A stretch of 64,000 nucleotides of DNA from Acidobacteriota bacterium (GCA_039933785.1 JBDTNL010000005.1:18506-82505); one strand, 5' to 3'; counted from the first letter of the stretch, positions 1-10,643 are shown. Notes: generated by a model from the sequence alone, not told the origin. Made by a program: numbers and translations.

Positions 1-492
1 ACCGAGAAGACCAGCGGCTACTTCTATACCTACGTCGGTGTTCTGTCGGTGATCATGCGATCGCTGATTCTCGGGCCGGTGGTGAAGCGTTTGGGTGAGG
101 TGCGGACGCTGCGCGTCGGCGCGGTGGCGCTCATCCTCGGGTTCGCACTGATTCCGGTGCCGCATTCGGTCTGGGGTTTCGCGATCGTCGTCATGCTGTT
201 CCCGATCGGCACCGCACTTCTCTTTCCGCCGACGAGTTCACTGGTCTCGCGCTTCGCGCCCAAGGCGGAGATGGGGCAGACGCTCGGCCTCCAGCAGAGT
301 TTCGGCGGTGTTACTCGAATGCTGGGCCCCACGCTCGCCGGGATCGCATTCGCCAAGCTGGGGCCGGCCTGGCCGTACTGGCTGTCGAGCGTGTTGATGG
401 TGGGCGTGTTGGCGCTTGGCATCCAGCTCAAGCGCTCGTCCGCGCACCCGGTGCCGGTATCTCCCGTGGCAACCGAGATCTCGCCTACCTAG
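1..492 (+). CDS. MFS-type transporter, C-terminal fragment (5' end lies outside the window)
   Basis: Frame 1 is open from nt 1. The translation is TM-rich (LILGFALIPVP, FPIGTALLFPPTSSLVSRF, GQTLGLQQSFGGVTRMLGPTLAG), typical of the last helices of MFS permeases. Confidence 0.65.
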   Translation, partial: TEKTSGYFYTYVGVLSVIMRSLILGPVVKRLGEVRTLRVGAVALILGFALIPVPHSVWGFAIVVMLFPIGTALLFPPTSSLVSRFAPKAEMGQTLGLQQSFGGVTRMLGPTLAGIAFAKLGPAWPYWLSSVLMVGVLALGIQLKRSSAHPVPVSPVATEISPT

Positions 493-1430
493 GCGCTCAA
501 TTCAGCACCGTAGGTCTTCAGATACTTCATTCCCGTGTCGCACATCACGGTGACCACCGTCGCTTCCGATCCCAGCTGCTCGGCAAGCCGGAGCGCCGCG
601 ATGACGTTGGCTCCCGTCGACGTCCCCCCAAAGAGACCCTCCTCCCGCGCCAGCCGAAGAGCCATCGCCATGGCCTCTTCCGTCGACACCCGCTCGATCT
701 GATCGGCGACCTCCGGTTGCCAGAGCGGCACGACGAAACCCGCGCCGACTCCGTCGATCTTGTGCGCGCCGGTCGGGCCGCCGGAAAGAACCGCGGATTC
801 GGCCGGCTCCACCGCCACGACGCGGATCCGTTTGTCGTGACCCCGTAGCCCCTCTCCAAGGCCGCGGAGCGACGCCGCGGTGCCCACGCATTGCACGAAG
901 CCATCGATCCGTCCGTCGGTCTGCTCCCAGAGCTCGTCCGCCATCGAGTGATAGGCCGCGAGCTGGTCCGTGTTCTTCAGTTGATCCGTCCAGAAGCTGC
1001 CGGTATTTTCCGCGATGATGCGCGCGGCCTCCACCATGTCGCGCGTCAGCTTTTCCGTCATGTGCCCAGTCTCACTGGGCACGATCTGCAGCTTCGCTCC
1101 TAGAGCCCGCATGTGATCGAGCTTCTCCTTCGAGAAGGCGTCCGAAGTCACGATGTGCAGGGGATAGCCCTTGACCGCGCAAACCAGGGCGAGGGAGACG
1201 CCGGTGCTGCCGCCGGTGTATTCGGTAACAGCGCCCCCTGGCCCGAGCCGTTGATCCGCTTCCGCGGCCTCGATCATGGCGAGCGCCATACGGTCCTTCA
1301 TGCTGCCCGTGGGATTCTCGTTCTCGAGCTTTAGGAGAATACGCGCGCCGTTCGCGGGCCCGATCCTGCGCAGGGGCAGGAGTGACGTGCCGCCGATGCA
1401 CTGCAGGATGCCCTGTGCCGGCGCGCGCAT
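489..1430 (-). CDS. PLP-dependent cysteine synthase family protein (CysK/CysM/CBS-like)
   Basis: 313 aa with an ATG start. It has the PLP-lysine motif ENENPTGSMKDR and the glycine-rich loop GGSTG / GTSTGAN of fold-type II PLP enzymes. Confidence 0.85.
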   Translation of the reverse strand: MRAPAQGILQCIGGTSLLPLRRIGPANGARILLKLENENPTGSMKDRMALAMIEAAEADQRLGPGGAVTEYTGGSTGVSLALVCAVKGYPLHIVTSDAFSKEKLDHMRALGAKLQIVPSETGHMTEKLTRDMVEAARIIAENTGSFWTDQLKNTDQLAAYHSMADELWEQTDGRIDGFVQCVGTAASLRGLGEGLRGHDKRIRVVAVEPAESAVLSGGPTGAHKIDGVGAGFVVPLWQPEVADQIERVSTEEAMAMALRLAREEGLFGGTSTGANVIAALRLAEQLGSEATVVTVMCDTGMKYLKTYGAELSA

Positions 1431-1434
1431 GGCT

Positions 1435-1731
1435 TCAGACCTTGGCGCCGAGGATTTCGGCGCGTTCGATCACCGGCGGTGTCGCCAGCAGGTCGGGAGC
1501 GTTCGCCATCAGCGCCTTGGCGATCGGCCCCGTGAGGTGAGCCTGCCGCCCTGCTTCGTCGGCGAACGCATCGAAGATCGCGAACGTCGCCGGCCCGAGA
1601 CGGAGTGCAAACCACAGCTGCGTGGTCGACTCCTGATTGGCGAGCTCCAAGCCTTGCTTCAGGAACGCTGCCACCTCAGCTTCCTTGCCGGGCTTTGCTT
1701 CCAGACGAACGAACAGACCGAGTTTCACCAT
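1435..1731 (-). CDS. ABM-domain (antibiotic biosynthesis monooxygenase-like) small protein
   Basis: 98 aa counted from the internal ATG at 1731, which is preceded by the SD AAAGGAGAGG. The ferredoxin-like pattern VKLGLFVRLEAKPGKEAEVAAFL...FAIFDAFADEAGRQAH fits the ABM domain. Confidence 0.6.
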   Translation of the reverse strand: MVKLGLFVRLEAKPGKEAEVAAFLKQGLELANQESTTQLWFALRLGPATFAIFDAFADEAGRQAHLTGPIAKALMANAPDLLATPPVIERAEILGAKV

Positions 1732-1831
1732 TGCCTCTCCTTTGTTGGCCACCACTGGCCGAAGGAGAGATTAGGCTTCTCTGGGCGTGTACACCATAGG
1801 CAGGAACGTCGTATTTGTTATCGTTCTTGCC

Positions 1832-2791
1832 ATGCGCATCCACGTGCTCGCTCTCGACGGAGTGTTCGATCTTGGCCTGTCCGCCGTCCTGGACGCCTTC
1901 CAGACGGCCAACGAGCTGGCCGCGGCCACGGGCCTTGCGGTGCCCAAGTTCGATGTCCGCATGGTGGGTGTGCGAAGGAAGGTGAAGACGTCGCAGGGCC
2001 TCAGTGTCCCCGTTCACGGTGTCGGTACGCGAGCGCCCGATTGCGTCGTGGTGCCGGCGATCGGATTCAAGATGCCCGCGCCACTCGAGATCGCACTCGC
2101 GCGGCCCGACATTCGCGACGCCGGCGCACAGCTTCGCCTGTGGGCTCGCCGCGGAGCCACCATGACCGCCGCCTGTGTGGGCACCTTCGTGCTCGCTGAG
2201 TCCGGTCTGCTCGACGAGCATCAAGCGACCACCACCTGGTGGCTGGCGCCGATGTTTCGCCAGCGCTACCCCATGGTGGAGCTCGACGAATCGAACATGA
2301 TCGTCAAGTCAGGCGCCTATGTGACCGCGGGAGCCGCCCTCAGCCACTTGGATCTCGCGCTCTGGTTGGTGCGAGGTGTCAGTCCGCAGCTCGCCTCGCT
2401 CACCGCGAAGTACCTCATCGTCGATTCCCGGCCGTCGCAATCGGCTTACGCCCTGACCGATCATTTGATCCACTCCGACCCTATTGTGCAGCGCTTCGAA
2501 ACCTGGGCCCGCGCGCGGCTGAAGCAAGGATTCTCGCTCGACGCTGCCGCGCTAGCCGTCGGTGCGAGCAAGCGAACGCTCGCTCGCCGCATGCAGAGCG
2601 TGTTGGGAAAGACCCCGCTGTCCTACTTCCAAAGCCTGAGAGTCGAGCGCGCGGTGCATCTGCTGAAGACCGGCAGCGCGAGCGTCGACGAGGTCGCGGG
2701 ACGCGTGGGCTATGCCGACGGCGCGACGCTGCGGGCGCTGCTGCGGAAGCGGTTGAAGGTTGGAATCAGGGAGCTCCGGCGGGCGCCCTGA
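1832..2791 (+). CDS. GlxA-family transcriptional regulator (DJ-1/PfpI-like domain plus AraC-type HTH)
   Basis: N-terminus MRIHVLALDGVFDLGLSAVLDAF and a C-terminal AraC HTH (AAALAVGASKRTLARRMQSVLGKTPLSYFQSLRVERAVHLL...VDEVAGRVGYADGATL). Divergent from the ABM gene. The start is set at ATG 1832 rather than the track's GTG at 1787. Confidence 0.8.
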   Translation: MRIHVLALDGVFDLGLSAVLDAFQTANELAAATGLAVPKFDVRMVGVRRKVKTSQGLSVPVHGVGTRAPDCVVVPAIGFKMPAPLEIALARPDIRDAGAQLRLWARRGATMTAACVGTFVLAESGLLDEHQATTTWWLAPMFRQRYPMVELDESNMIVKSGAYVTAGAALSHLDLALWLVRGVSPQLASLTAKYLIVDSRPSQSAYALTDHLIHSDPIVQRFETWARARLKQGFSLDAAALAVGASKRTLARRMQSVLGKTPLSYFQSLRVERAVHLLKTGSASVDEVAGRVGYADGATLRALLRKRLKVGIRELRRAP

Positions 2792-2872
2792 TGCGTGGTG
2801 CGTAGGATACGGGGCATAATCTACGCGTAATGTGCGTCGATTGTTATAGGGTCCACTCAGAGGACGCGTCGA

Positions 2873-3982
2873 ATGAGCGGATACATTCACGAGCGACCGG
2901 ATTGGCCACGATTTCATTGGGACGAGGAGGCCCTGGCGGCGCCTCTGGCAAAGCTACGTCATCGGCAAGGGCGGCTGCTCGGGAGGATGGAGAGCCTTGG
3001 ATTTTCTCTCCAAAGGGAGGCCGAGCTCGAGACGCTCACCCTGGACGTGCTGAAGTCCAGCGAAATCGAAGGGGAGAAGCTTCCAGCGGACGCAGTGAGG
3101 TCCTCCATCGCGCGGCGTTTGGGCTTGGCGACTGCTGGAAGCACTGCCGCCGAGCGGGAGGTGGATGGGGTCGTCGAGATGATGCTCGACGCCACCCAGA
3201 ACTTCGGGAAGCCGCTCGGCAAGGAGCGTCTCTGCGGATGGAATAGCGCGTTGTTTCCCACCGAGCGCAGCGGCATGCGCGACATAGTCGTCGGCGGCTG
3301 GCGAAACGATGCAAGGGGACCGATGCAAGTGGTCTCGGGTCCGATCGGAAGCGAGATCGTGCACTACCAGGCGCCAGCGGCTTCCCGACTCGAGCGCGAG
3401 ATGTCCGGATTCCTGACCTGGGCCAACGACCCGAATGACCCGACGGATGCGGTTCTCAGTGCAGCGCTGGCGCATCTCTGGTTTGTGACCATCCATCCGT
3501 TCGACGACGGCAACGGCCGGATCGCACGAGCAATCGCGGACTGGGCGCTGGCCCGTTCGGAGGGCAGTTCGCAGCGCTTCTACAGCATGTCGGCGCAGCT
3601 GCGCCAGGAGCGGGGTGACTACTACGACATGCTGGAACGCACGCAGAGAGGACCGCTCGAGATCACGCCTTGGATGGAGTGGTTTCTGGGATGCCTGGGG
3701 CGAGCCTTCAGCGGGACCGAAACCACGCTTGCGCTCGTGCTGCGCAAGGCTCGCTTCTGGGAGAGGTACGGGAAGGTAGCCTTCAACGAGCGTCAACGAG
3801 AGATGCTGACCCGACTCCTCGATAGCTTCTCGGGAAAGCTCACCACGACGAAGTGGTCCAAGCTGGCCAGGACTTCGCACGACTCCGCTCTGCGCGACAT
3901 CCAGGGTTTGATCGAACAGGGCATCCTGCGGAAGGACGCTGGCGGCGGACGCAGTACCAGTTATTCGCTGGTGGAAAGCTAG
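2873..3982 (+). CDS. Fic-family protein (AMPylase-type, class II with an N-terminal inhibitory helix, C-terminal winged HTH)
   Basis: Canonical Fic motif HPFDDGNGRIAR, the inhibitory-helix motif SxxxEG (SSEIEG) upstream of it, and a DUF4172-like N-terminus MSGYIHERPDWPRFHWD. Confidence 0.9.
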   Translation: MSGYIHERPDWPRFHWDEEALAAPLAKLRHRQGRLLGRMESLGFSLQREAELETLTLDVLKSSEIEGEKLPADAVRSSIARRLGLATAGSTAAEREVDGVVEMMLDATQNFGKPLGKERLCGWNSALFPTERSGMRDIVVGGWRNDARGPMQVVSGPIGSEIVHYQAPAASRLEREMSGFLTWANDPNDPTDAVLSAALAHLWFVTIHPFDDGNGRIARAIADWALARSEGSSQRFYSMSAQLRQERGDYYDMLERTQRGPLEITPWMEWFLGCLGRAFSGTETTLALVLRKARFWERYGKVAFNERQREMLTRLLDSFSGKLTTTKWSKLARTSHDSALRDIQGLIEQGILRKDAGGGRSTSYSLVES

Positions 3983-4026
3983 GTCAGGGTCATCTCTCGA
4001 TGAGCGGCTCTAGCGCTGGCGTCAGT

Positions 4027-4248
4027 TCATCCCGCCAACAACTCGCGAACCGCCTTGTCGTCCAACGGTCGCGCTGCCTGGCGTTGCAGATTGACTGCGA
4101 GCTCCTGCAGCACCTGGGTACTAATGACACCAGAGCGGTCGTGCCACAGCCTCTCGACGAACGCGCGAGCCTTCTGGTGCTTGCTCCCGGTCGACGAGTC
4201 ATGGGCGTACAGCAGAATGTTGGTGTCGACGAAATATCTAGCGCTCAT
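4027..4248 (-). pseudogene. vapC: Truncated PIN-domain toxin (vapC remnant, 73 aa)
   Basis: The N-terminal PIN signature FVDTNILLYA and the second acidic site (QVLQELA) are present. The ORF stops at residue 73, so the last two conserved acidic residues are missing. Its start overlaps the upstream antitoxin stop by 11 nt. Confidence 0.55.
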
Positions 4249-4471
4249 GAATCTTGTCGCGGGACTGCGGACGCTGCCATTGCAGGTCTAGACCCGTGCC
4301 GAGACGAGCGAGCGCCCGAAGGCGAGCCCGGTCGAAGGCTTTGCGCCGTGGTACCAGAGTCTCCAGGTAGTCGGCGAGCAGGGCGCTCATGGACCGACCC
4401 TCCTCAGCCGCCAGCACGCGAGCGTCACGTAGCAAATCGGAGTCGAGTTTGAGTGTGACGTTGGTCTTCAT
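4238..4471 (-). CDS. vapB: Ribbon-helix-helix antitoxin (VapB-like)
   Basis: 77 aa. MKTNVTLKLDSDLLRDARVLAAEEGRSMSALLADYLETL is a typical RHH/CopG antitoxin N-terminus. It overlaps the PIN ORF. Confidence 0.6.
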   Translation of the reverse strand: MKTNVTLKLDSDLLRDARVLAAEEGRSMSALLADYLETLVPRRKAFDRARLRALARLGTGLDLQWQRPQSRDKIHER

Positions 4472-4485
4472 GTCTGTTGCCCTAG

Positions 4486-4521
4486 AAAAGCAAAAGCCCC
4501 ATCGAGAGACATCGAAGGGGC
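4486..4521 (-). terminator. Rho-independent terminator of the tRNA gene
   Basis: On the minus strand: GCCCC-T-TCGA, loop TGTCTC, TCGA-T-GGGGC, followed by TTTTGCTTTT, directly downstream of the tRNA 3' end. Confidence 0.6.
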
Positions 4522-4534
4522 GAATTCTAGGAAG

Positions 4535-4613
<79 letters not shown>

Positions 4614-4646
4614 TCAGGGTCCGGCCGGGTTACCGCCGGGACGCGA

Positions 4647-4676
4647 AGGATAGCCGTTCGGTGTCCCCTCCGTCAA
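4647..4676 (-). promoter_or_regulatory. Putative sigma-70-type promoter of the tRNA-fMet gene
   Basis: Minus strand: TTGACG (4676-4671), an 18-nt spacer, then TATCCT (4652-4647), about 35 nt upstream of the mature tRNA 5' end. Confidence 0.4.
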
Positions 4677-4691
4677 GCGCTGCTCGCTGAG

Positions 4692-7127
4692 CTAAAGCGC
4701 TCGCAGGCTCTCGGCGGGGTCGGTTCGGGCGGCGCGGCGCGCGGGTAGCCAGGCTGCGACGAGAACCACGGCCAGGAGCCCGAGCGGGACGGCGGCGAGG
4801 GTCCAGGGGTCGAGAGCGCCCACGCCGAAGAGCATGGAGCGCAGCCAGCGGGTCGCAACCAGGGCGCCGGCGAGGCCCAGCAAGGCGCCCACCGACCCAA
4901 GGCGAAGGCTCTCGCCGAGAATCAGGCGAGCGAGGCGCCCCCGCTGCGCTCCCAATGCCAATCGGATCCCGAGCTCGCGGCGTCGCAGGCTGACGGCAAA
5001 CATCTGGAGCGCCCAGAGACCTGCGACGGCGGTGAGGAGCGACATGCCGGCGAGTCCTACCGCCAGCGTGGCGTTGATGCGCATCGGAGAAAGACTCCGG
5101 CGGCGTTGTTCTTCGGAGCTCACAAGATCGATGATCGCGGCGTCCGGAGCGGCGGCGGCGACCGCGCGGCGCAGCGCCGGCTCGAGGGTTGCGAGCGGGG
5201 CCGTGCTCCGCGCGAGCAGGGTCATGCGGGAGTGGGTGCGCTGGCCGTAGGCGAAGAAGACCGTGGGCTCGCGGGGCTCGAGCGGTGAGACCGTGGCGGC
5301 ATCGGCGGCGACCCCGACGATCTCGAACTCGGGGCCGGCGTCGCCTGGGCGCGCGGGACCCGAAACGCGAATCCGACGCCCGAGTGCCGGCACGCTGCCG
5401 AACAAACGTTCCGCCAACGAGTGGCTGACGACGACCGCGGCCGGCGCTTGCGGCGTGTCGCGCTCGTCGAGAGCGCGTCCGGCAAGGAGGGGTACTCCGA
5501 GGGTTCCGAAGTAGTTGGGCGCGACGATGTTGTAGCGCACTTCGCGGGTCGCGGTCGCGTTCTCGACCGTTGCCACTTGAGTGACTCGCGGCAGGCCGGT
5601 GTTGGGCGCCACGTGCGCCAGCGTTGCGCTCGAGATCGCCGGCAGGTGGCGCGTCCGTTCCAGAATTGCGTTCCAGGTCGCCAGCGCGGCCTTGGCGCCA
5701 CCGGAGCGAGTGACGAAGACCGTCGATTGCACGAGACCCCGGTCGGAGAAGCCGAGGTCGACCTCGGCGGCTGCGGTCAGGCTGCGCGCCAGAAGGCCGC
5801 CGCCGACCAGGAGCACCACCGCCAACGCGAGTTCGAGCGCGACCAGGAACCGGCGTGCGCCGAGACGGACACCGGCGCGATGGTCACCCGATCGCAGGGT
5901 GAGATTGGGATCGTTGCGCAGCACGCGAACGAGCGGTGGAAGGAGCGCGACGAAGGTGGTGATCAGGGAAGCCGTGAGAGCGAACGCGGCGGCGCGCGCA
6001 TCGACGATCAGCAGGTTGCCTCCCGGTGCGCTCCAACCGGGGCCGATCCCGCCGATCGGGGTGAGCATCATCGACTCGAGCCAGCGCGCTACGCTCCTCG
6101 CGACCAACAGGCCTCCGGCGGCACCGAGCAGGGCGGGCAGCGCGATCTCCGCCGCCAGCGCGCCAAGGAGCTGCCCTGGTGAGGCGCCGAGCGCCTTGCG
6201 CACCGCCCACTCGCGCTCGCGGGCGGCGGCGCGGGCGAGCAGCAGGCCGGCGACGTTGGCGCTGCCGAGGAGCAGGAACAGGATGGCGGCGCCAGTGAGC
6301 GCCCGCGCGGCGTGAAAGAACGGATCACTCGCGCTCTCGGGGTCGAAGGTCGTTGCCGGGAGGAGGAGCGCCCGACGCGCGCCGGCGAGCGGTGCCGACT
6401 GGTCGAGCTCGCGCGTCAGCGTTTCGATCGCGCCGTCGGCGACCGCTTGAGTCGTCCCCTTCGGCAAACGCACGAAGACGCGCAGCCAGCGTTCCGCGGG
6501 CGACTCGAGACGCGCCACGCCGGAGACGAGGTCCGAGTGAACGAGAGGGACGAAGAAACCAACCGCGAAACCGAGGCCCGTGAACTCTCGCCGGGTGACG
6601 CCGACCACGGTGAGCATCTGTCCGTTGATGCGGACGCTGCGCCCTACGATGGAACGGTCGCCGCCGAAGGCGTCCTGCCAGACGCCGTGGCCGAGGACCA
6701 CCACGCCGGGGGCTCCCTTCGTGTTGTCGGCCTCGGCGAGCAGACGCCCGAGCTCGGGCTGCGCGGCGAAGAAAGCGAAAAACCGGCCGCTCACGGCCTG
6801 ACCCCAGGCATAGCGGCTGCCGCCTTCGGGGAGCGCCGCGCCCCCGAGCGCGGCGCCGATCGTCGAAGTGGCGACGGCATCGTGGAGCAGCGGGCTTCCC
6901 TCCAAACGTTGGAGCTCGAGATAGCTCACCTGCTGGCGTGGCTCCTCCGCGGAACCGACGTACACCGCCACCACGCGCGCCGCGTCCGGAGCGGCGAGTC
7001 GTGGATGGAGAAACGAGTCGAGGTAGACGAAGAGCGCCGTCGCAACCCCGACACCTAGCGCGAGGGTGGCGACGATGGCCGCCGCCAGGACGGGTTGACG
7101 GGAAAGCGAGCGCACGATCGATCGCAT
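4692..7127 (-). CDS. MacB/FtsX-type duplicated permease (acidobacterial duplicated orphan permease type), copy 1, no PadR partner
   Basis: 811 aa with two repeats of (TM - large extracytoplasmic domain - 3 TM FtsX module). The C-terminus ...LRRRELGIRLALGAQRGRLARLILGESLRLG... is the FtsX signature region. Confidence 0.85.
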   Translation of the reverse strand: MRSIVRSLSRQPVLAAAIVATLALGVGVATALFVYLDSFLHPRLAAPDAARVVAVYVGSAEEPRQQVSYLELQRLEGSPLLHDAVATSTIGAALGGAALPEGGSRYAWGQAVSGRFFAFFAAQPELGRLLAEADNTKGAPGVVVLGHGVWQDAFGGDRSIVGRSVRINGQMLTVVGVTRREFTGLGFAVGFFVPLVHSDLVSGVARLESPAERWLRVFVRLPKGTTQAVADGAIETLTRELDQSAPLAGARRALLLPATTFDPESASDPFFHAARALTGAAILFLLLGSANVAGLLLARAAAREREWAVRKALGASPGQLLGALAAEIALPALLGAAGGLLVARSVARWLESMMLTPIGGIGPGWSAPGGNLLIVDARAAAFALTASLITTFVALLPPLVRVLRNDPNLTLRSGDHRAGVRLGARRFLVALELALAVVLLVGGGLLARSLTAAAEVDLGFSDRGLVQSTVFVTRSGGAKAALATWNAILERTRHLPAISSATLAHVAPNTGLPRVTQVATVENATATREVRYNIVAPNYFGTLGVPLLAGRALDERDTPQAPAAVVVSHSLAERLFGSVPALGRRIRVSGPARPGDAGPEFEIVGVAADAATVSPLEPREPTVFFAYGQRTHSRMTLLARSTAPLATLEPALRRAVAAAAPDAAIIDLVSSEEQRRRSLSPMRINATLAVGLAGMSLLTAVAGLWALQMFAVSLRRRELGIRLALGAQRGRLARLILGESLRLGSVGALLGLAGALVATRWLRSMLFGVGALDPWTLAAVPLGLLAVVLVAAWLPARRAARTDPAESLRAL

Positions 7128-7178
7128 GGCGGTACCTCGCAGGCGAGTCCGAAGGTCTGATGGGGGATTATCACCTGA

Positions 7179-8573
<1,395 letters not shown>

Positions 8574-8623
8574 CCGGCAGCGAGGCCGCGGCGCGCGTGG
8601 CACCCCCGAGCTTTGCTCGCCCG

Positions 8624-8902
8624 ATGATCGGGATGGTGGTGGCATTCATGCTGCTGTTGCTCGCCGCCGCGGGATTGAAGAGCTGGCGCGACCTGCAGTC
8701 GGCACGCCAGCGCGAGACGACGCTGATGGACCGCATCCGCACCACCGAGACGAAAGTCGACGACCTCAAGCACCGGATCGACCGGCTTCGCCGCGACCCG
8801 GTGACTCTCGAGCGCGCGGCGCGCGAGGAGCTCGGCATGGTGAAGCCCGGCGACGTGGTCATCGTGCTCCCCGAACCCAAGCCATCGCCGCCCCATCCAT
8901 AG
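8624..8902 (+). CDS. ftsB: Septum formation initiator / cell division protein FtsB (DivIC family)
   Basis: 92 aa: one TM (MIGMVVAFMLLLLAAAGL), a coiled coil, then RDPVTLERAAREELGMVKPGDVVIV. It shows the conserved eno-ftsB synteny. The start could lie slightly upstream. Confidence 0.75.
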   Translation: MIGMVVAFMLLLLAAAGLKSWRDLQSARQRETTLMDRIRTTETKVDDLKHRIDRLRRDPVTLERAAREELGMVKPGDVVIVLPEPKPSPPHP

Positions 8903-8905
8903 ACG

Positions 8906-9610
8906 ATGACACTCACTCGAACCCTGGTGCGCACCATATTGGGACTCGGCCTACTGGCCGGTCTCGCGGCGTGTGGCGACAACACGGCACCGCCTCAGCA
9001 GACGCAGGCACAGGCGAACACTCCTGCAGCGCAGACGCCAAATGACTCCGGCGCTGCGGTCGCGCCGCCTGCGACGCAGGCCCCGCAGGGCGAGACCCGC
9101 CCGCGTCACCGTCATACCCGCCGCGGTAGCCGCTCGGACCGCGCCGGCAGCGCCGGAGCGTCGGATTCGTCGGACTCCGCCGATGACTCTTCCGAGTCTG
9201 CAAACCGGCGAGCGGGACGCGCGGGTCGGCTGGGTCGTGGGGATCGGGACGACCGTCGTGTCGGCGCGGCATTCGCGGCGGGCCCTATCGGCCTGGGCGA
9301 GGCGCAGCGTGAAAAGGTCCATGGTCGACTGGTCGAGTTCGACGGGCGGGTCAGCAAGGTCCTGGACGATGACCGCAAGGGCCTTCAACACCAGCGTTTC
9401 ATCGTGACCGCGGACGGCGCGGGCACGATTCTCATCGCGCACAACATCGACCTCGCGGGCCATGTGCCGGTCGTGATCGGCAGCACGGTGCGCGTGCATG
9501 GACTCTTCGAATGGAACGCAAAAGGCGGGGTGGTGCACTGGACGCACCACGACCCCAGCGGGAAGACGCCCGGCGGTTGGATCCGCTGCGGTGGAAAGAC
9601 CTACAGCTAG
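8906..9610 (+). CDS. Lipoprotein with a C-terminal DUF3465-like domain
   Basis: Lipobox LLAGLAAC, a long low-complexity linker, and a C-terminal domain ...VLDDDRKGLQHQRFIVTADGAGTILIAHNIDLA...GGVVHWTHHDPSGKTPGGW matching the DUF3465 pattern. Confidence 0.7.
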   Translation: MTLTRTLVRTILGLGLLAGLAACGDNTAPPQQTQAQANTPAAQTPNDSGAAVAPPATQAPQGETRPRHRHTRRGSRSDRAGSAGASDSSDSADDSSESANRRAGRAGRLGRGDRDDRRVGAAFAAGPIGLGEAQREKVHGRLVEFDGRVSKVLDDDRKGLQHQRFIVTADGAGTILIAHNIDLAGHVPVVIGSTVRVHGLFEWNAKGGVVHWTHHDPSGKTPGGWIRCGGKTYS

Positions 9611-9613
9611 CGC

Positions 9614-10201
9614 CTACGAGACGAGATAGCGCTTCACGCCGTCGAGGAACATCTGGACGGCGATCATCACCAGCAGCATCCCCATCAAGCGTTCGAACGC
9701 GATCAGTCCTCGGCGGCCGAGGATGCGGAGCCAGAGCGGCGCCGAAAGCAGCACGGCCGCGGTCACCGCCCAAGCTCCAACCAGGGCGAGCAACCAGTCG
9801 GAAAGCCGGCCGGGATCCGAGCGTTCGAGCAGCAGCAGCGTAGCCAGGACCGAAGGCCCCGCCACCAGCGGCACCGCGAGCGGCACCAGGAAGGGCTCGA
9901 CGGTCGTCGCCTCGGGAGCGCTCGCTCCCTCGTTCGGGAACAGCATGTGGAGCGCGATCAGGAAGAGCACGATGCCGCCGGCGATGCTGATGGTCTCCTG
10001 GCGAAGGCCGAGGAACTCGAGGAGCTGGCGACCGGCAAAGAGGAACCCCAGGCAGATACCGAGCGCGAGGAGCAGCTCGCGCGCCAGGACTTTCCGGCGC
10101 CGTGGCGGCGCCACCGGCTCGAGCGCCGAGATGAAGATCGGCAGATTGCCCAGCGGGTCCATCACCAGGAGAAGGGTTACGGCGGCGGTCAGCGTGTCCA
10201 T
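9614..10201 (-). CDS. MarC-family (UPF0056) integral membrane protein
   Basis: 195 aa with 6 TM. The N-terminus LLLVMDPLGNLPIF is the family hallmark. Confidence 0.85.
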   Translation of the reverse strand: MDTLTAAVTLLLVMDPLGNLPIFISALEPVAPPRRRKVLARELLLALGICLGFLFAGRQLLEFLGLRQETISIAGGIVLFLIALHMLFPNEGASAPEATTVEPFLVPLAVPLVAGPSVLATLLLLERSDPGRLSDWLLALVGAWAVTAAVLLSAPLWLRILGRRGLIAFERLMGMLLVMIAVQMFLDGVKRYLVS

Positions 10202-10214
10202 AGGCTCGTCAATC

Positions 10215-10637
10215 TCACGGAACGAGCGACTCTTCTTCCCGCCAGGCTTCGCCTCCGTCGGCGTAGAGCTCGCGCTTCCAGACCGGGACTTCCGACTTCA
10301 AGCGCTCCAGAGCCGAACGATTGGCGGCATACGCAGCCGCGCGATGGGGCGCCGCGGTGGCGATCGCCACGCTCGACTCGCCGACGGCGATGTCGCCCAG
10401 CCGGTGCACGATGCGCACGAGTGCTCCATGCTCGCGGGCCAGAGCGCGTTCGATCTCCAGCAGCGAGCGCTCCGCCATGCTGCGATAGCCGCTGTAGTGA
10501 ATGCCGCGCACGGCCCTGCCCGCGTGGGAGTCGCGGACGTTGCCGAGAAAAAGCACCACGGCCCCGGCGCCCGGCGACTGCACTTTGGCCAGCAGTGCCG
10601 CGGTGTCGATGGGAGCCTCGGTCAGGTGGTGAGGCAA
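10215..10637 (-). CDS. moaE: Molybdopterin synthase catalytic subunit
   Basis: 140 aa with GAVVLFLGNVRD...IHYSGYRSMAE...VPVWKRELYADG. The start is TTG at 10637, 6 nt after the moaD stop, with GGAGG upstream. Confidence 0.9.
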   Translation of the reverse strand: MPHHLTEAPIDTAALLAKVQSPGAGAVVLFLGNVRDSHAGRAVRGIHYSGYRSMAERSLLEIERALAREHGALVRIVHRLGDIAVGESSVAIATAAPHRAAAYAANRSALERLKSEVPVWKRELYADGGEAWREEESLVP

Positions 10638-10643
10638 TGCGGC

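Noticed and set aside
3990-4202. Possibility that vapC is merely frameshifted and continues in the 3990-4202 frame
   Set aside because: That frame gives an Arg/Cys-rich string with no PIN-like C-terminal motifs. Only 44 nt remain before the Fic gene, so truncation is the better reading.
9060-9290. Suspected frameshift or mis-annotation in the highly charged R/D/S-rich middle of the DUF3465 lipoprotein
   Set aside because: The lipobox N-terminus and the DUF3465 C-terminal domain are in the same frame and no stop intervenes. The segment is best read as a disordered linker.
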